Shown here piece by piece: positions 26,475-34,781 of a stretch of 35,211 bases of DNA. The position numbers and the translations under genes are program-made. Origin of the DNA: a virus (taxonomy: Duplodnaviria; Caudoviricetes); IMG/VR virus record IMGVR_UViG_3300032301_000155, positions 1 through 35,211 of that record. One strand, 5' to 3'. The notes below the pieces were generated by a model, which saw only the letters and a list, made by a program, of their open reading frames with translations, had not been told where the DNA came from and did not search any database. The first letter of the stretch is position 1. Each line of letters opens with the position of its first letter.

Positions 26475-26926
26475 TGGAAACAGGGATGAACCGCCATAAA
26501 AAATGGCAAATTGCACAAGACTTGTTTAATCAAGAGTTTATGCGCTTGTCTTTGCAGGCCATGTTACATGGAGTTGATGTTGATCCACAAAATGAATTTA
26601 GCATTTGGGATTGGGAATTTAGGGCAGGAAAATATTTATTGGGTCTTGGCGAATACCGCAGGCGCTTTCACCGTTTTGGTCATTTTGATGATTTTCGATT
26701 TAGCAAAAAGAAATTTGACACAATGAAAAAAACAGCTAAAGAATTTAATGTAACGGCAATGATGTTTGTGCAATTTGATGATCAATTTCTGTATTTTACG
26801 ATTGAAGGAAAACCTAATAGTGAAATGATGCGCAGAAACCATGAAATTCGAACTGAAGAATGTGTGTGTATTCCTAAGAATTGGTTTAAAAACATTAACC
26901 ATTTAGAAAAAGAATTAACTTTTTAA
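26474..26926 (+). CDS. PD-(D/E)XK nuclease-like protein
   Basis: FSIWDW...GEYRRR resembles a D...ExK/R core; MFVQFDD strand. Confidence 0.5.
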   Translation: METGMNRHKKWQIAQDLFNQEFMRLSLQAMLHGVDVDPQNEFSIWDWEFRAGKYLLGLGEYRRRFHRFGHFDDFRFSKKKFDTMKKTAKEFNVTAMMFVQFDDQFLYFTIEGKPNSEMMRRNHEIRTEECVCIPKNWFKNINHLEKELTF

Positions 26927-26958
26927 CAAAACAAACAAATTCATTTTGAAAGAAAATT

Positions 26959-27729
26959 ATGCCAAATAAAAAAGAAGCAGTACCAGAACAACCTAAACTT
27001 TTTATTGCCACCCCTATGTATGGGGGTATGTGCGCTGGATACTATACCCAGTCGGTATTGCAGTTAAACAATGTTTTTTCTAGTCGTGGAATTGGCGCTC
27101 AGTACAGCTTTATGTTTAATGAGAGTTTAATTACCAGGGCTAGGAACGCTTTAACCCATACTTTTTTGCAAGGCGATTGCACTCACTTGATGTTTATTGA
27201 TGCTGATATTCGGTTTAACCCAGAAGATATAGTCAGGATGATAGAAGCAGATAAAGACATTATTTGTGGCATTTACCCCAAAAAAGAAATTAATTGGAAT
27301 ACGGTTAAACAAGCAATAGATCGACAAACGCCTGTAGATCAGCTTAAACACCACACAGGCAGCTTTGTAGTGAACTTAGTAGGTTATGCAGGGGAAGTAA
27401 CTGTGCCTGTCAATGAGCCTGTTGAGATCTTTAATGGCGGTACAGGATTTATGCTGATTAAACGAAAAGTATTTACTAAGCTATCTAAAAAAGTACCTGA
27501 GTACACTAACGATGTGGGTGATCTATCAGGTCAACTTAAAAACCAAGCCAAGATTAAAGAGTTTTTTGCTACTTCGATTGAACCAGACACCAATCGCTTG
27601 TTATCTGAGGATTATCATTTTTGCCGTATTTGGCGAATGGCAGGTGGCAAGGTTTACGCAGCGCCCTGGGCGCATTTAGGTCACATGGGTAGTTATATTT
27701 TTGAGGGTGGGTTAACACCAGCGCCATGA
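26959..27729 (+). CDS. GT-A fold glycosyltransferase-like protein
   Basis: LFIATPMYGG, ESLITRARN, LMFIDADI (DxD), GTGFMLIKR and LSEDYHFC motifs. Confidence 0.82.
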   Translation: MPNKKEAVPEQPKLFIATPMYGGMCAGYYTQSVLQLNNVFSSRGIGAQYSFMFNESLITRARNALTHTFLQGDCTHLMFIDADIRFNPEDIVRMIEADKDIICGIYPKKEINWNTVKQAIDRQTPVDQLKHHTGSFVVNLVGYAGEVTVPVNEPVEIFNGGTGFMLIKRKVFTKLSKKVPEYTNDVGDLSGQLKNQAKIKEFFATSIEPDTNRLLSEDYHFCRIWRMAGGKVYAAPWAHLGHMGSYIFEGGLTPAP

Positions 27730-28448
27730 AATATAAAATAAACAACCTCACAATCGAGATGACCGATGGTCATACTCTGCCCTACTATCAGCAGCAGCAT
27801 AAGCTCTATGACCGCTTTTTACCCCACCTTGCCAAGTCTTTGAAAGGTGATGTAATTGATGTCGGTGCTAATGTCGGTGCAACGATGGCAGCGATGGCAC
27901 AAGCTAATCCTAAACTCAACTTCTTTTGCGCTGAACCGCAGGCTAATGTTTATGATGCGTTGCAACAAAATGCAAAATTGGTGGAGAAAAAGCTCAAAAC
28001 TAAAGTTCGCATTATGAAAAACACTATCGGTACAGTTGGCGTTCCTCTGCAAGCCGTCATAGAAGAATTTGGTTATAAGCCTGATTTAATCAAAGTGGAT
28101 GTGGATGGCATGGACTACGATGTGCTGAACTCGTACAAGTTTGAACAGCAGCCTATGATTTATTTTGAGGCTGATTACCAAACTGAAACACAGCTAGAGT
28201 TGTTTAAAAAGTTGATCTATGACTTGACCATCAAGGGTTACAGCAAGTTTTTCTTGTTTGATAATTTTGGTGCTTTTATGGGTGGAGTTGAGCATGACCA
28301 GACCGATCACATTGATAACCTATTTGATTACATCTGGACACTCAAACAAAGGCGCAGCACGATGACTATTTATTATCTAGACATTTTGGCGGTAACACCC
28401 AAAGATGCGCTGCGAGCTGCTAGATCAGTTAATGAGTATGCTTCATAA
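27726..28448 (+). CDS. FkbM-family SAM-dependent methyltransferase
   Basis: VIDVGANVG, CAEP and LIKVDVDGMD motifs; ATGA-coupled to the glycosyltransferase. Confidence 0.85.
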   Translation: MKYKINNLTIEMTDGHTLPYYQQQHKLYDRFLPHLAKSLKGDVIDVGANVGATMAAMAQANPKLNFFCAEPQANVYDALQQNAKLVEKKLKTKVRIMKNTIGTVGVPLQAVIEEFGYKPDLIKVDVDGMDYDVLNSYKFEQQPMIYFEADYQTETQLELFKKLIYDLTIKGYSKFFLFDNFGAFMGGVEHDQTDHIDNLFDYIWTLKQRRSTMTIYYLDILAVTPKDALRAARSVNEYAS

Positions 28449-28455
28449 TGCGTTT

Positions 28456-28560
28456 GACGGCAGTTAAGCCGACACTCAAGGATGTCATGTGTATATTTTT
28501 TCGGCTTTCCTATACACATATACATTGAAATGTATATAAAACGACCAAATTGATGCCGTT
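28456..28560 (-). ncRNA. candidate structured RNA with a pseudoknot
   Basis: Nested stems ACGGCA/UGCCGU, UCAA/UUGA, GUCGU/AUGAC, UAUACAU/AUGUAUA and UGUGUAUA/UAUACACA. The last loop contains AAGCCGA, complementary to downstream UCGGCUU. Confidence 0.55.
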
Positions 28561-28723
28561 ACCGCTTGCTTTTTCTGCGTGTTTTTTTTGCCGTCTTTGC
28601 CGACTGTCTAAATGCTGATGCGGTTGGAGCGCCCTTTGATCCAGGCTTTCTCATTTTCTCGCCTGAGCCTTTGCGGATACGCTCTCTCTTTTTATGGATA
28701 TTGGCATAAAGTCCAGGTTTCAT
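28559..28723 (-). CDS. 54-aa highly basic protein (MKPGLYANIHKKRERIRKGSGEKMRKPGSKGAPT...)
   Basis: ATGA overlap with the upstream gene; Lys/Arg-rich; absent from the ORF track (54 aa). Confidence 0.8.
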   Translation of the reverse strand: MKPGLYANIHKKRERIRKGSGEKMRKPGSKGAPTASAFRQSAKTAKKTRRKSKR

Positions 28724-28944
28724 CTACACCCCCATCTCTTTCTGGCAGCTTTGCCTCGTTCACCCTTCCAACTTTTGGATCTGGCACAAAATGACTTATG
28801 CCGAGGTCCTGATTTTGTTGGTGCTTTTAATTTGCTTCCTGTTGCTCGGTTGTATTTCTTTCTTCCTTTGGCTGTTAATCCACCGCCTTGGCTTACTGAG
28901 AGCTTTTCTCCACGACCTACGGAAAGATTGGTACTCTTAGGCAT
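28720..28944 (-). CDS. 74-aa highly basic protein (GGLTAKGRKKYN...SFCAR...ARKRWGC)
   Basis: Start reassigned to MPKST after an AAGGA RBS; motif typical of small basic phage proteins. Confidence 0.75.
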   Translation of the reverse strand: MPKSTNLSVGRGEKLSVSQGGGLTAKGRKKYNRATGSKLKAPTKSGPRHKSFCARSKSWKGERGKAARKRWGCR

Positions 28945-29371
28945 AAGGTCTAGTTCCTTGTTTATCAATGATTAGAGTTTGTTTTCTTGGCTTTAGATCA
29001 TTATGACTTGGTACTGAGATATGTGTCCAGCGATCAAATTCTCTAATCACTTGGTCAAAATCAAGCTCTGAAGCCATCACAGCTTTAACTACCTCATCAG
29101 GTGTCATGCCAGGCACACGAATGTCAGCAGCGCACCCTATACGGTGCTGGCTAGTGTCTTTAGAACCTACGGCATCATTGACTTGTTTAGATCGAAAAGC
29201 AGAGTTAACCATAATTGGTCTGCCTTCTAATACGGTTTTAACTTCCTCTAAAAACAAGGCAAGGCGTTGTAAGTTAGATAACTCAGCATCATTAGGGGTA
29301 TTGTCAAACTCCCGATGATCGGTGTGAGTTAATTCCTCTAGCGTGAAATGCTCACTTAGATTTGTTGGCAT
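28937..29371 (-). CDS. peptidase M15A-family endolysin
   Basis: LSEHFTLEEL, NSAFRS..VN.AVG, SQHRIGCAADI and WTHIS zinc ligands; start MPTNL after an AGGA RBS. Confidence 0.9.
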   Translation of the reverse strand: MPTNLSEHFTLEELTHTDHREFDNTPNDAELSNLQRLALFLEEVKTVLEGRPIMVNSAFRSKQVNDAVGSKDTSQHRIGCAADIRVPGMTPDEVVKAVMASELDFDQVIREFDRWTHISVPSHNDLKPRKQTLIIDKQGTRPYA

Positions 29372-29720
29372 AAAAAAGTGTCCTATCACCAAACAAATAA
29401 AACCCTATTGCTGCTGCAAAATTGTCCACCGTTGCGGATGACATATTAGTGAGCTGCATATAAGACCAAGTACCTAAAACAATTACCCCTACAGCAGGTC
29501 GCATTAAGCGCACAATCGCTTCAACCCAAGGATATGAGGGGTTAGTACCACCAGCATCATTAACCGCTTTAAACTGCTCTAAATCCAACTGCTTCATTTG
29601 GACATACTGCTCAATCGTTGCTGGCTTAAATTGATCGGGTGCAATAAACCGATTGATTAGGGATTTCCCTAAGTCAACGGCTAGAGGACCAAGCGCAGCA
29701 AGGATGGTAATTGGATCTAT
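29352..29720 (-). CDS. 3TM-type holin, apparently starting at ATA (122 aa)
   Basis: Open frame from ATA 29720 (xDPITILAALGPLAVDLGKSLINRF...) preceded by GGAG-N7; W...MRP..G TM segment and IGFYLFGDR end; directly upstream of the endolysin. Confidence 0.7.
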   Translation of the reverse strand: MDPITILAALGPLAVDLGKSLINRFIAPDQFKPATIEQYVQMKQLDLEQFKAVNDAGGTNPSYPWVEAIVRLMRPAVGVIVLGTWSYMQLTNMSSATVDNFAAAIGFYLFGDRTLFYANKSK

Positions 29721-30064
29721 AGACCTTCTCCAGGTGTGACATATACGATTGCAGTTGCAGAAGCTACGATTGCAGATACATAAAATATATAGCCACCTTC
29801 AGTAGTTGGTATGCGTGGTGCAGTAAAAATAACAGTTTGATTGTTGTGCAAAACAGTACCGTAATTGGGCGTTCCAGCGAGAGGAATGGCAACATTGGAT
29901 GTCGCTGTTGTACCACAACGAATAAACACCTCGCCAGCCGTACCATTATGGATACGGAGTTGGTTGCACGGGGAATCGGCTGTTATAGCTACGGTGTTAG
30001 CAGTTGTAGCTACATTTATTCGTACCGTTTTGCCCATCTCTTGAAATGGGATATTGTTTGCCAT
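29717..30064 (-). CDS. small beta-rich virion protein (paralogue of 2590-2916)
   Basis: NQLRIHNG..EVFI..G and IVYVTPGEGL match 2590-2916. Confidence 0.6.
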   Translation of the reverse strand: MANNIPFQEMGKTVRINVATTANTVAITADSPCNQLRIHNGTAGEVFIRCGTTATSNVAIPLAGTPNYGTVLHNNQTVIFTAPRIPTTEGGYIFYVSAIVASATAIVYVTPGEGL

Positions 30065-30318
30065 TAGAAAATATCCTTGCCACCAGCGTTGCCAGGCTTA
30101 GTTGTAGCAGAATCTTTGGTGTTGCTGTTGTTGTCAAAGTTCCATACGGAAACATATCCCGAAGGCATTTTTCCTTTTAAAGAAGTGTTTAATCCGTTAA
30201 TAGATCCATCACGAGGTAGCTGTGGGCGTGTAGATTTAGCTACTTGTTGGTTTACATCACTTGGTCTTTTGTAAGGGGATTTACTTGCACTATCCTTCGT
30301 TGTCGGTTTTAAGCTCAT
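30064..30318 (-). CDS. hypothetical protein
   Basis: 84 aa; AGGA RBS; coupled to the next gene. Confidence 0.65.
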   Translation of the reverse strand: MSLKPTTKDSASKSPYKRPSDVNQQVAKSTRPQLPRDGSINGLNTSLKGKMPSGYVSVWNFDNNSNTKDSATTKPGNAGGKDIF

Positions 30319-30511
30319 GTTTATTCCTATCTTTGATGTTGACTATAAGGTAACAAAATACTACAAAAATTGCTAGTGTTGTTACCCTTTCCCACATGGG
30401 ATTCCACATTGTCCAGCCACACATAATGCTCGATGCTACTAACGCCAAAATCGTAATCAAACGGTCTGAGATGACCTTTAATGCTAGGCGAATAACTGCT
30501 ATTGCTTCCAT
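30290..30511 (-). CDS. two-TM small membrane protein
   Basis: LITILALVASSIMCGW and VTTLAIFVVFCYLIV hydrophobic helices; AGGGGA RBS. Confidence 0.7.
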   Translation of the reverse strand: MEAIAVIRLALKVISDRLITILALVASSIMCGWTMWNPMWERVTTLAIFVVFCYLIVNIKDRNKHELKTDNEG

Positions 30512-30545
30512 GATTGATCCCCTGAAAAGTTAAACAATTCATAGT

Positions 30546-30752
30546 TTAACTCTCATCATCATCTACTGCAATAAATCCACTACCCCATTCATCATCACTA
30601 ATCTTCTGCTTGAGCTTTTCAATATTAACCATACGGTCAATGACCTTGCATTTATCAGTCAAAGATGCAGTCTCATCAGCCATCACTTCTCGTAATAGTT
30701 TTGCTACAGCATCCTCTAGATCAGGATTTAATCCCTTTGTTTTTTTGGTCAT
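30546..30752 (-). CDS. hypothetical protein
   Basis: 68 aa; ATGA overlap with the upstream gene. Confidence 0.7.
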   Translation of the reverse strand: MTKKTKGLNPDLEDAVAKLLREVMADETASLTDKCKVIDRMVNIEKLKQKISDDEWGSGFIAVDDDES

Positions 30753-32458
30753 TTTCCACCTACAGTTCTAGCGGTTGGCAGTCCAACACCAAGGGTTAAT
30801 GCTCTGGCTAGTTCAGGAGATAACTGTTGTGCGGAAGGAGAAACGCCTTCAGTTAAGGCGCGCTTAACGGGGTCTGAATATAAGGCTGCTTGAGCGCCTC
30901 TAAGACCGCCAAGACCAGCTGCTACTGTACCGCCAGACAATAAACCAGCGCCATAACCACCAGCACCGATCATGTAAGGAATGGTTTTTGCCAAAGTAGA
31001 GGCTTGTGTTGGTTCACCTTTAATCTTTTGCAAATAAGCCAATTCTTCTGTTGGCAACATTTTGCGCCCAGGCTTGGGAGCTAAAAATACATCTGGCCGC
31101 CTGCGATTGACCGCGTCATACAATTTAGCAATGGATAAACCGCCATCTGGGGTTAAACCTTTATGTTTGGCAGCATCAAAAATGTCTTGATAAACCGTAT
31201 ATTGTTTACGCAAGGCTTTAATATTTTCTACAATCGCAGCGGTTTTTTCTGCTCCTTCTTCTTTGGCTAACTTTCGCATTCTTTCTGACATGAAAGTTGT
31301 ATATTCTTCTGTAAAACCAATAGGTTTAATAGTTCTTTCCGCAGATTTATCTACCGCTCTTTGAATTTGATACAGCACACGCGCAATATTGTCATCAGCT
31401 GATCCACTTGCGTATTCGCCAATAATAGACCGTATTTCGTTGTATTCTTTTCCTGAAATATTGCCTTCAACACCTCTTAACAACTGAATTAACTTGTTTG
31501 CTTTAGGCGCGTTTTGAAAAGTAGTAGTAATAAAATTTTCATTAGCAATATTAAGAATATCATTTTGTAATTGCTTATCAAGTTTAACAACGGTATCGGC
31601 TAGAACTTGGTCATAACGCTCTTTTATACCTAATTTAGCCAAACCAAGAACTTGTTCATTGATTTCTTTGCCTTGATAACCCATGGCTTTTAATACAGTT
31701 TCAGCAACCTTATCTTCATTAGCTGAGTTGATTTTTTTAATTTGACCAGCAGTAAAAGGCATATAACTAAAAAGACGGTCAGCACCTTTTAAAACAGGGT
31801 TTCCTGTAATTTCTCCAGGAGTTAGTTTTAAACCAAACTTATCAGCAATATCTACCAATATTTTGCGTGATTGTGGGAGATCACCCAGTTTAGCCAGTTG
31901 TGCACCTAAAGCAGTTGCGCCAGCTTCACCAGCTGCGCCAGTTGCCATGCCTAAGGCTGTTCTTGCGCCAGCCCTCTTGTACATTCCCTCAGGTTCAGTT
32001 GTGGCTTTAACACCTGCTTGCACACCACCAATGGCCGCTTGTTCAGCCAAGCGTCTTTTAAGTGCGGCTTCCCCGCCTTTTAATAATCCAACGCCTTTAC
32101 CAGCACCACCTAAAGCAAAGAACTCAGCAATATCACCAGTTATTTCACCAGCGCCTGTAGCAATGGGGTATTGTTTTTTGTATTGACCAAGTTCTGCAGC
32201 TTGTTTTCTAGCGGTGTCTGTGCCAACTTTGCCGCCTGTGGCTAATTGCGCTGCGCCTACTGCAGTTGATACAGGACGGCTTACCGCGCCCACACCAAAT
32301 GATTCTAAAGGGGTAACTTCTTTTACTTGCGCTACTTTTCGTCCTGGACGACCACCTACAGCAGCCCCGCCACCCGTTTCGGCAAAAGAAGTTTTCTCAG
32401 CTTTAATATCAGCAAACGGATCATCACCCGCTTTAATATCAGCAAATGGATCAGCCAT
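30749..32458 (-). CDS. putative ejection/DNA transfer protein (569 aa)
   Basis: N-terminal DPFADIKA duplication, Gly/Ala-rich amphipathic segments, KLTPGEITG motif; last of the ejection cluster. Confidence 0.6.
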   Translation of the reverse strand: MADPFADIKAGDDPFADIKAEKTSFAETGGGAAVGGRPGRKVAQVKEVTPLESFGVGAVSRPVSTAVGAAQLATGGKVGTDTARKQAAELGQYKKQYPIATGAGEITGDIAEFFALGGAGKGVGLLKGGEAALKRRLAEQAAIGGVQAGVKATTEPEGMYKRAGARTALGMATGAAGEAGATALGAQLAKLGDLPQSRKILVDIADKFGLKLTPGEITGNPVLKGADRLFSYMPFTAGQIKKINSANEDKVAETVLKAMGYQGKEINEQVLGLAKLGIKERYDQVLADTVVKLDKQLQNDILNIANENFITTTFQNAPKANKLIQLLRGVEGNISGKEYNEIRSIIGEYASGSADDNIARVLYQIQRAVDKSAERTIKPIGFTEEYTTFMSERMRKLAKEEGAEKTAAIVENIKALRKQYTVYQDIFDAAKHKGLTPDGGLSIAKLYDAVNRRRPDVFLAPKPGRKMLPTEELAYLQKIKGEPTQASTLAKTIPYMIGAGGYGAGLLSGGTVAAGLGGLRGAQAALYSDPVKRALTEGVSPSAQQLSPELARALTLGVGLPTARTVGGK

Positions 32459-33732
32459 TACAGCTCCTCCCCTGTTAAATCTTTAAATCTTTTTTTAACT
32501 TTATCTTCGGTAGTTGGTTCTGCGGCAATTTTAGCTTTGGCTTTAGAACGATAATCATCCACCGTTTCTTTAGGCAATTTTTCAGCAGCTGGAACAGCAG
32601 TAGTTTCGCCTCTAGCTTCTGCTCTAAAACTAGGTTGTAAGGGTTGCGGTATGGTTGTAAATCTTTCTTTTATAGATTCACCCGCTTTAGATCGGTCAGC
32701 ATACAATTCGGTTTCTTCAGCAATGATGTCATATAAAGACCGTATTTTGCTTTGGATAGTTTCTGCTGTATCTTTTTCGGTTGGTATAAAAGGTTGCGCT
32801 CTAGACCACTCTTGTACGGTAACGGTTGCACCAGAACGATCTTTTAACTTTTTTGTCATCAAATCAGCCATTAGCGCTTTAGTTTGTTTGGCTTTGTCTG
32901 ATTGGTAATATTGAGATATATCTCCTGGAACTCGACCAACAGCTGGTCCAAAAACTAATGGTTCGTTTTTATCAATGTAATCCACCATTTTTGATAAATC
33001 AGCTAAATTTTGAGCCAAAGTTAAATTGCTTTGCAGCTCTGCTTCCATCTTAGGAGATAGTTTTCCACCAGCAGCAGATTTAGCTTCTACTTCAAACTGC
33101 GCTTTTAAAATGCCATTATTTAATTCATACAATTTATCAAACTGACCAGAACGAATCATTGAGGCTGCTAAACCAGGGTTTTTATAAGCCATTTCTTCAG
33201 CTTTTAAATAAGCAGCTTCTTTATCAAGAGGTGCTAATTTAAAGTAATTGTCTAAATCTTTTTGTAAATCAGTACGAATTTGTTTAATGCGAGAAAATTC
33301 TTTATCAAAAATAGTTTTTTCTTTTTCATACAAATCTTTGCGACCTTGTTGCCATCCTTTGAGCATACCGCCCATAGCATTTAAAGCATTCATAGAAGAT
33401 AGTTTTCCAGCACCGCCTAAAGCAACGCCCATGGTAGCAACTAAGCTAAACAAACCGCCTAAAGAAGCAGCATTTTCTTGGGTGGGGTGAAATTCAGGAT
33501 AGGGAAATTCTGCTTCTTTTCTTTTGTTATCTTCTATTTTGCTTTCGTATTTTCCAGCAACAAATTCAGCAGCTTTAGTTTTTTCAGTAGCCAACGCTTG
33601 TTTAGGCAGCATTTCAGCTTCTACTCTTGCTTTTTCCATTTGTGGAATAAGCTCTTTTTGCTGGGCAATCGTTTCCCGAGAGCTGCTTGTGGTAGGCAGA
33701 GCGTTTATTTCAGTACCAAGTGCATTAGCCAT
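32458..33732 (-). CDS. putative ejection/internal virion protein (424 aa)
   Basis: Helical and charged with one hydrophobic segment; RSGATVT.QEW motif; position in the cluster. Confidence 0.55.
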   Translation of the reverse strand: MANALGTEINALPTTSSSRETIAQQKELIPQMEKARVEAEMLPKQALATEKTKAAEFVAGKYESKIEDNKRKEAEFPYPEFHPTQENAASLGGLFSLVATMGVALGGAGKLSSMNALNAMGGMLKGWQQGRKDLYEKEKTIFDKEFSRIKQIRTDLQKDLDNYFKLAPLDKEAAYLKAEEMAYKNPGLAASMIRSGQFDKLYELNNGILKAQFEVEAKSAAGGKLSPKMEAELQSNLTLAQNLADLSKMVDYIDKNEPLVFGPAVGRVPGDISQYYQSDKAKQTKALMADLMTKKLKDRSGATVTVQEWSRAQPFIPTEKDTAETIQSKIRSLYDIIAEETELYADRSKAGESIKERFTTIPQPLQPSFRAEARGETTAVPAAEKLPKETVDDYRSKAKAKIAAEPTTEDKVKKRFKDLTGEEL

Positions 33733-34781
33733 TATTGGACTACCCTAACAGTTTGTGGTTGCTGACCAGTTCCACCAGCTGCCAAACTAGCTAATTGAGT
33801 ATAGAAGTTATTGGTGCTTTGTTGCAACTGTTGGTCAAGCTGTAAACCTGAACGAATTGCACCCAAGGAAATTTGATCACCAATATTCATGACATTTAAA
33901 CCATAAGTGTATTGGTTATTCAATAAAGTCTGGTATAGGTTAGCAATTTGATTGGCAGCTTGCTGTTGTCCAACACCACCGCGAGTAGCGGTAGATTGCG
34001 CTATTTGAGCTTTAGCAGCTTCTAAGGCTTGCTGGCTTTGTGGTGTTAATTCTCCGCGTTGCGCTTGAGCTACAAGCTGTTTTCCTTGTTCTGTATAAGG
34101 TTGTGCAATAGCTTGTTGTTGAGCAGTAGCAGCTTGAGTTTGTCCAGCAGCTTTTTTAGCTTGTCCAGCGCCAAATACACCTAAAGCTCCTGTTAAACCT
34201 AAGCGAGCAAGATTGGTAGGTGTAACCAATTCTTTTAATTGTTGTGAAAAATCTTTTTCTCCTGTTGTGGTAGGAGCAGCGCCAACTTGAGGTGTAGTAC
34301 CTCGAATAGCGCCAAATGGAGCTTGTGCTAATTGAGGAGAAAGGCTTGGTGGGGCTGCTTGAATACCGTATTGCGTTGCAGCAGATATTCCAGGAGTTTG
34401 AAAAGATTGCATTTCCGCTCCAGGATAATATTTGTAACCATCATCTAGAGGAATAGCTGTACTTACTGGAGCTTGACCATACTTTAATCCATATCCGCTT
34501 GTATCAACAGGAGCAGAAGGAACATCAGCAGCAGTTTGTAAATAGCCTGTATCAACTGGTGCGCTTTCAGATAAACCACCAAAATAATCTTCACCATCAT
34601 AAAATTCAGGCAAACCCGTATCTGGGTTAATTGTTCCCGCACCGCCTCTGCGCTTTAAAAGAGCAGCCTCTTTAGGAGAGATGTGAGCAAGTACGGTATC
34701 TTTTACCCGACCTTTAGCTCTAATCATCTCTGCTAGTGCTGGCAAATCTAGCTTTAGCGATTCCATCAAAACTTTACTCAT
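33732..34781 (-). CDS. putative ejection/internal virion protein (349 aa)
   Basis: DTVLAHISPKEAALLKRRGGAGTINPDTGLPEF motif, then Gln/Ala-rich helices. Confidence 0.55.
   Translation of the reverse strand: MSKVLMESLKLDLPALAEMIRAKGRVKDTVLAHISPKEAALLKRRGGAGTINPDTGLPEFYDGEDYFGGLSESAPVDTGYLQTAADVPSAPVDTSGYGLKYGQAPVSTAIPLDDGYKYYPGAEMQSFQTPGISAATQYGIQAAPPSLSPQLAQAPFGAIRGTTPQVGAAPTTTGEKDFSQQLKELVTPTNLARLGLTGALGVFGAGQAKKAAGQTQAATAQQQAIAQPYTEQGKQLVAQAQRGELTPQSQQALEAAKAQIAQSTATRGGVGQQQAANQIANLYQTLLNNQYTYGLNVMNIGDQISLGAIRSGLQLDQQLQQSTNNFYTQLASLAAGGTGQQPQTVRVVQ

Noticed and set aside
27726-28448. DNA methyltransferase explaining the restriction-site patterns
   Set aside because: Motifs are FkbM-type (DVGANVG, KVDVDG); no DPPY/NPPY or PC catalytic motif.
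28456-28560. tRNA, simple terminator or hammerhead ribozyme
   Set aside because: No T-loop GTTC or cloverleaf, no U-tail after the closing stem, and no CUGANGA core on either strand.
32400-32455. Tandem DNA repeat as a regulatory element
   Set aside because: It is a coding duplication (DPFADIKA x2) at the N-terminus of an ejection protein.
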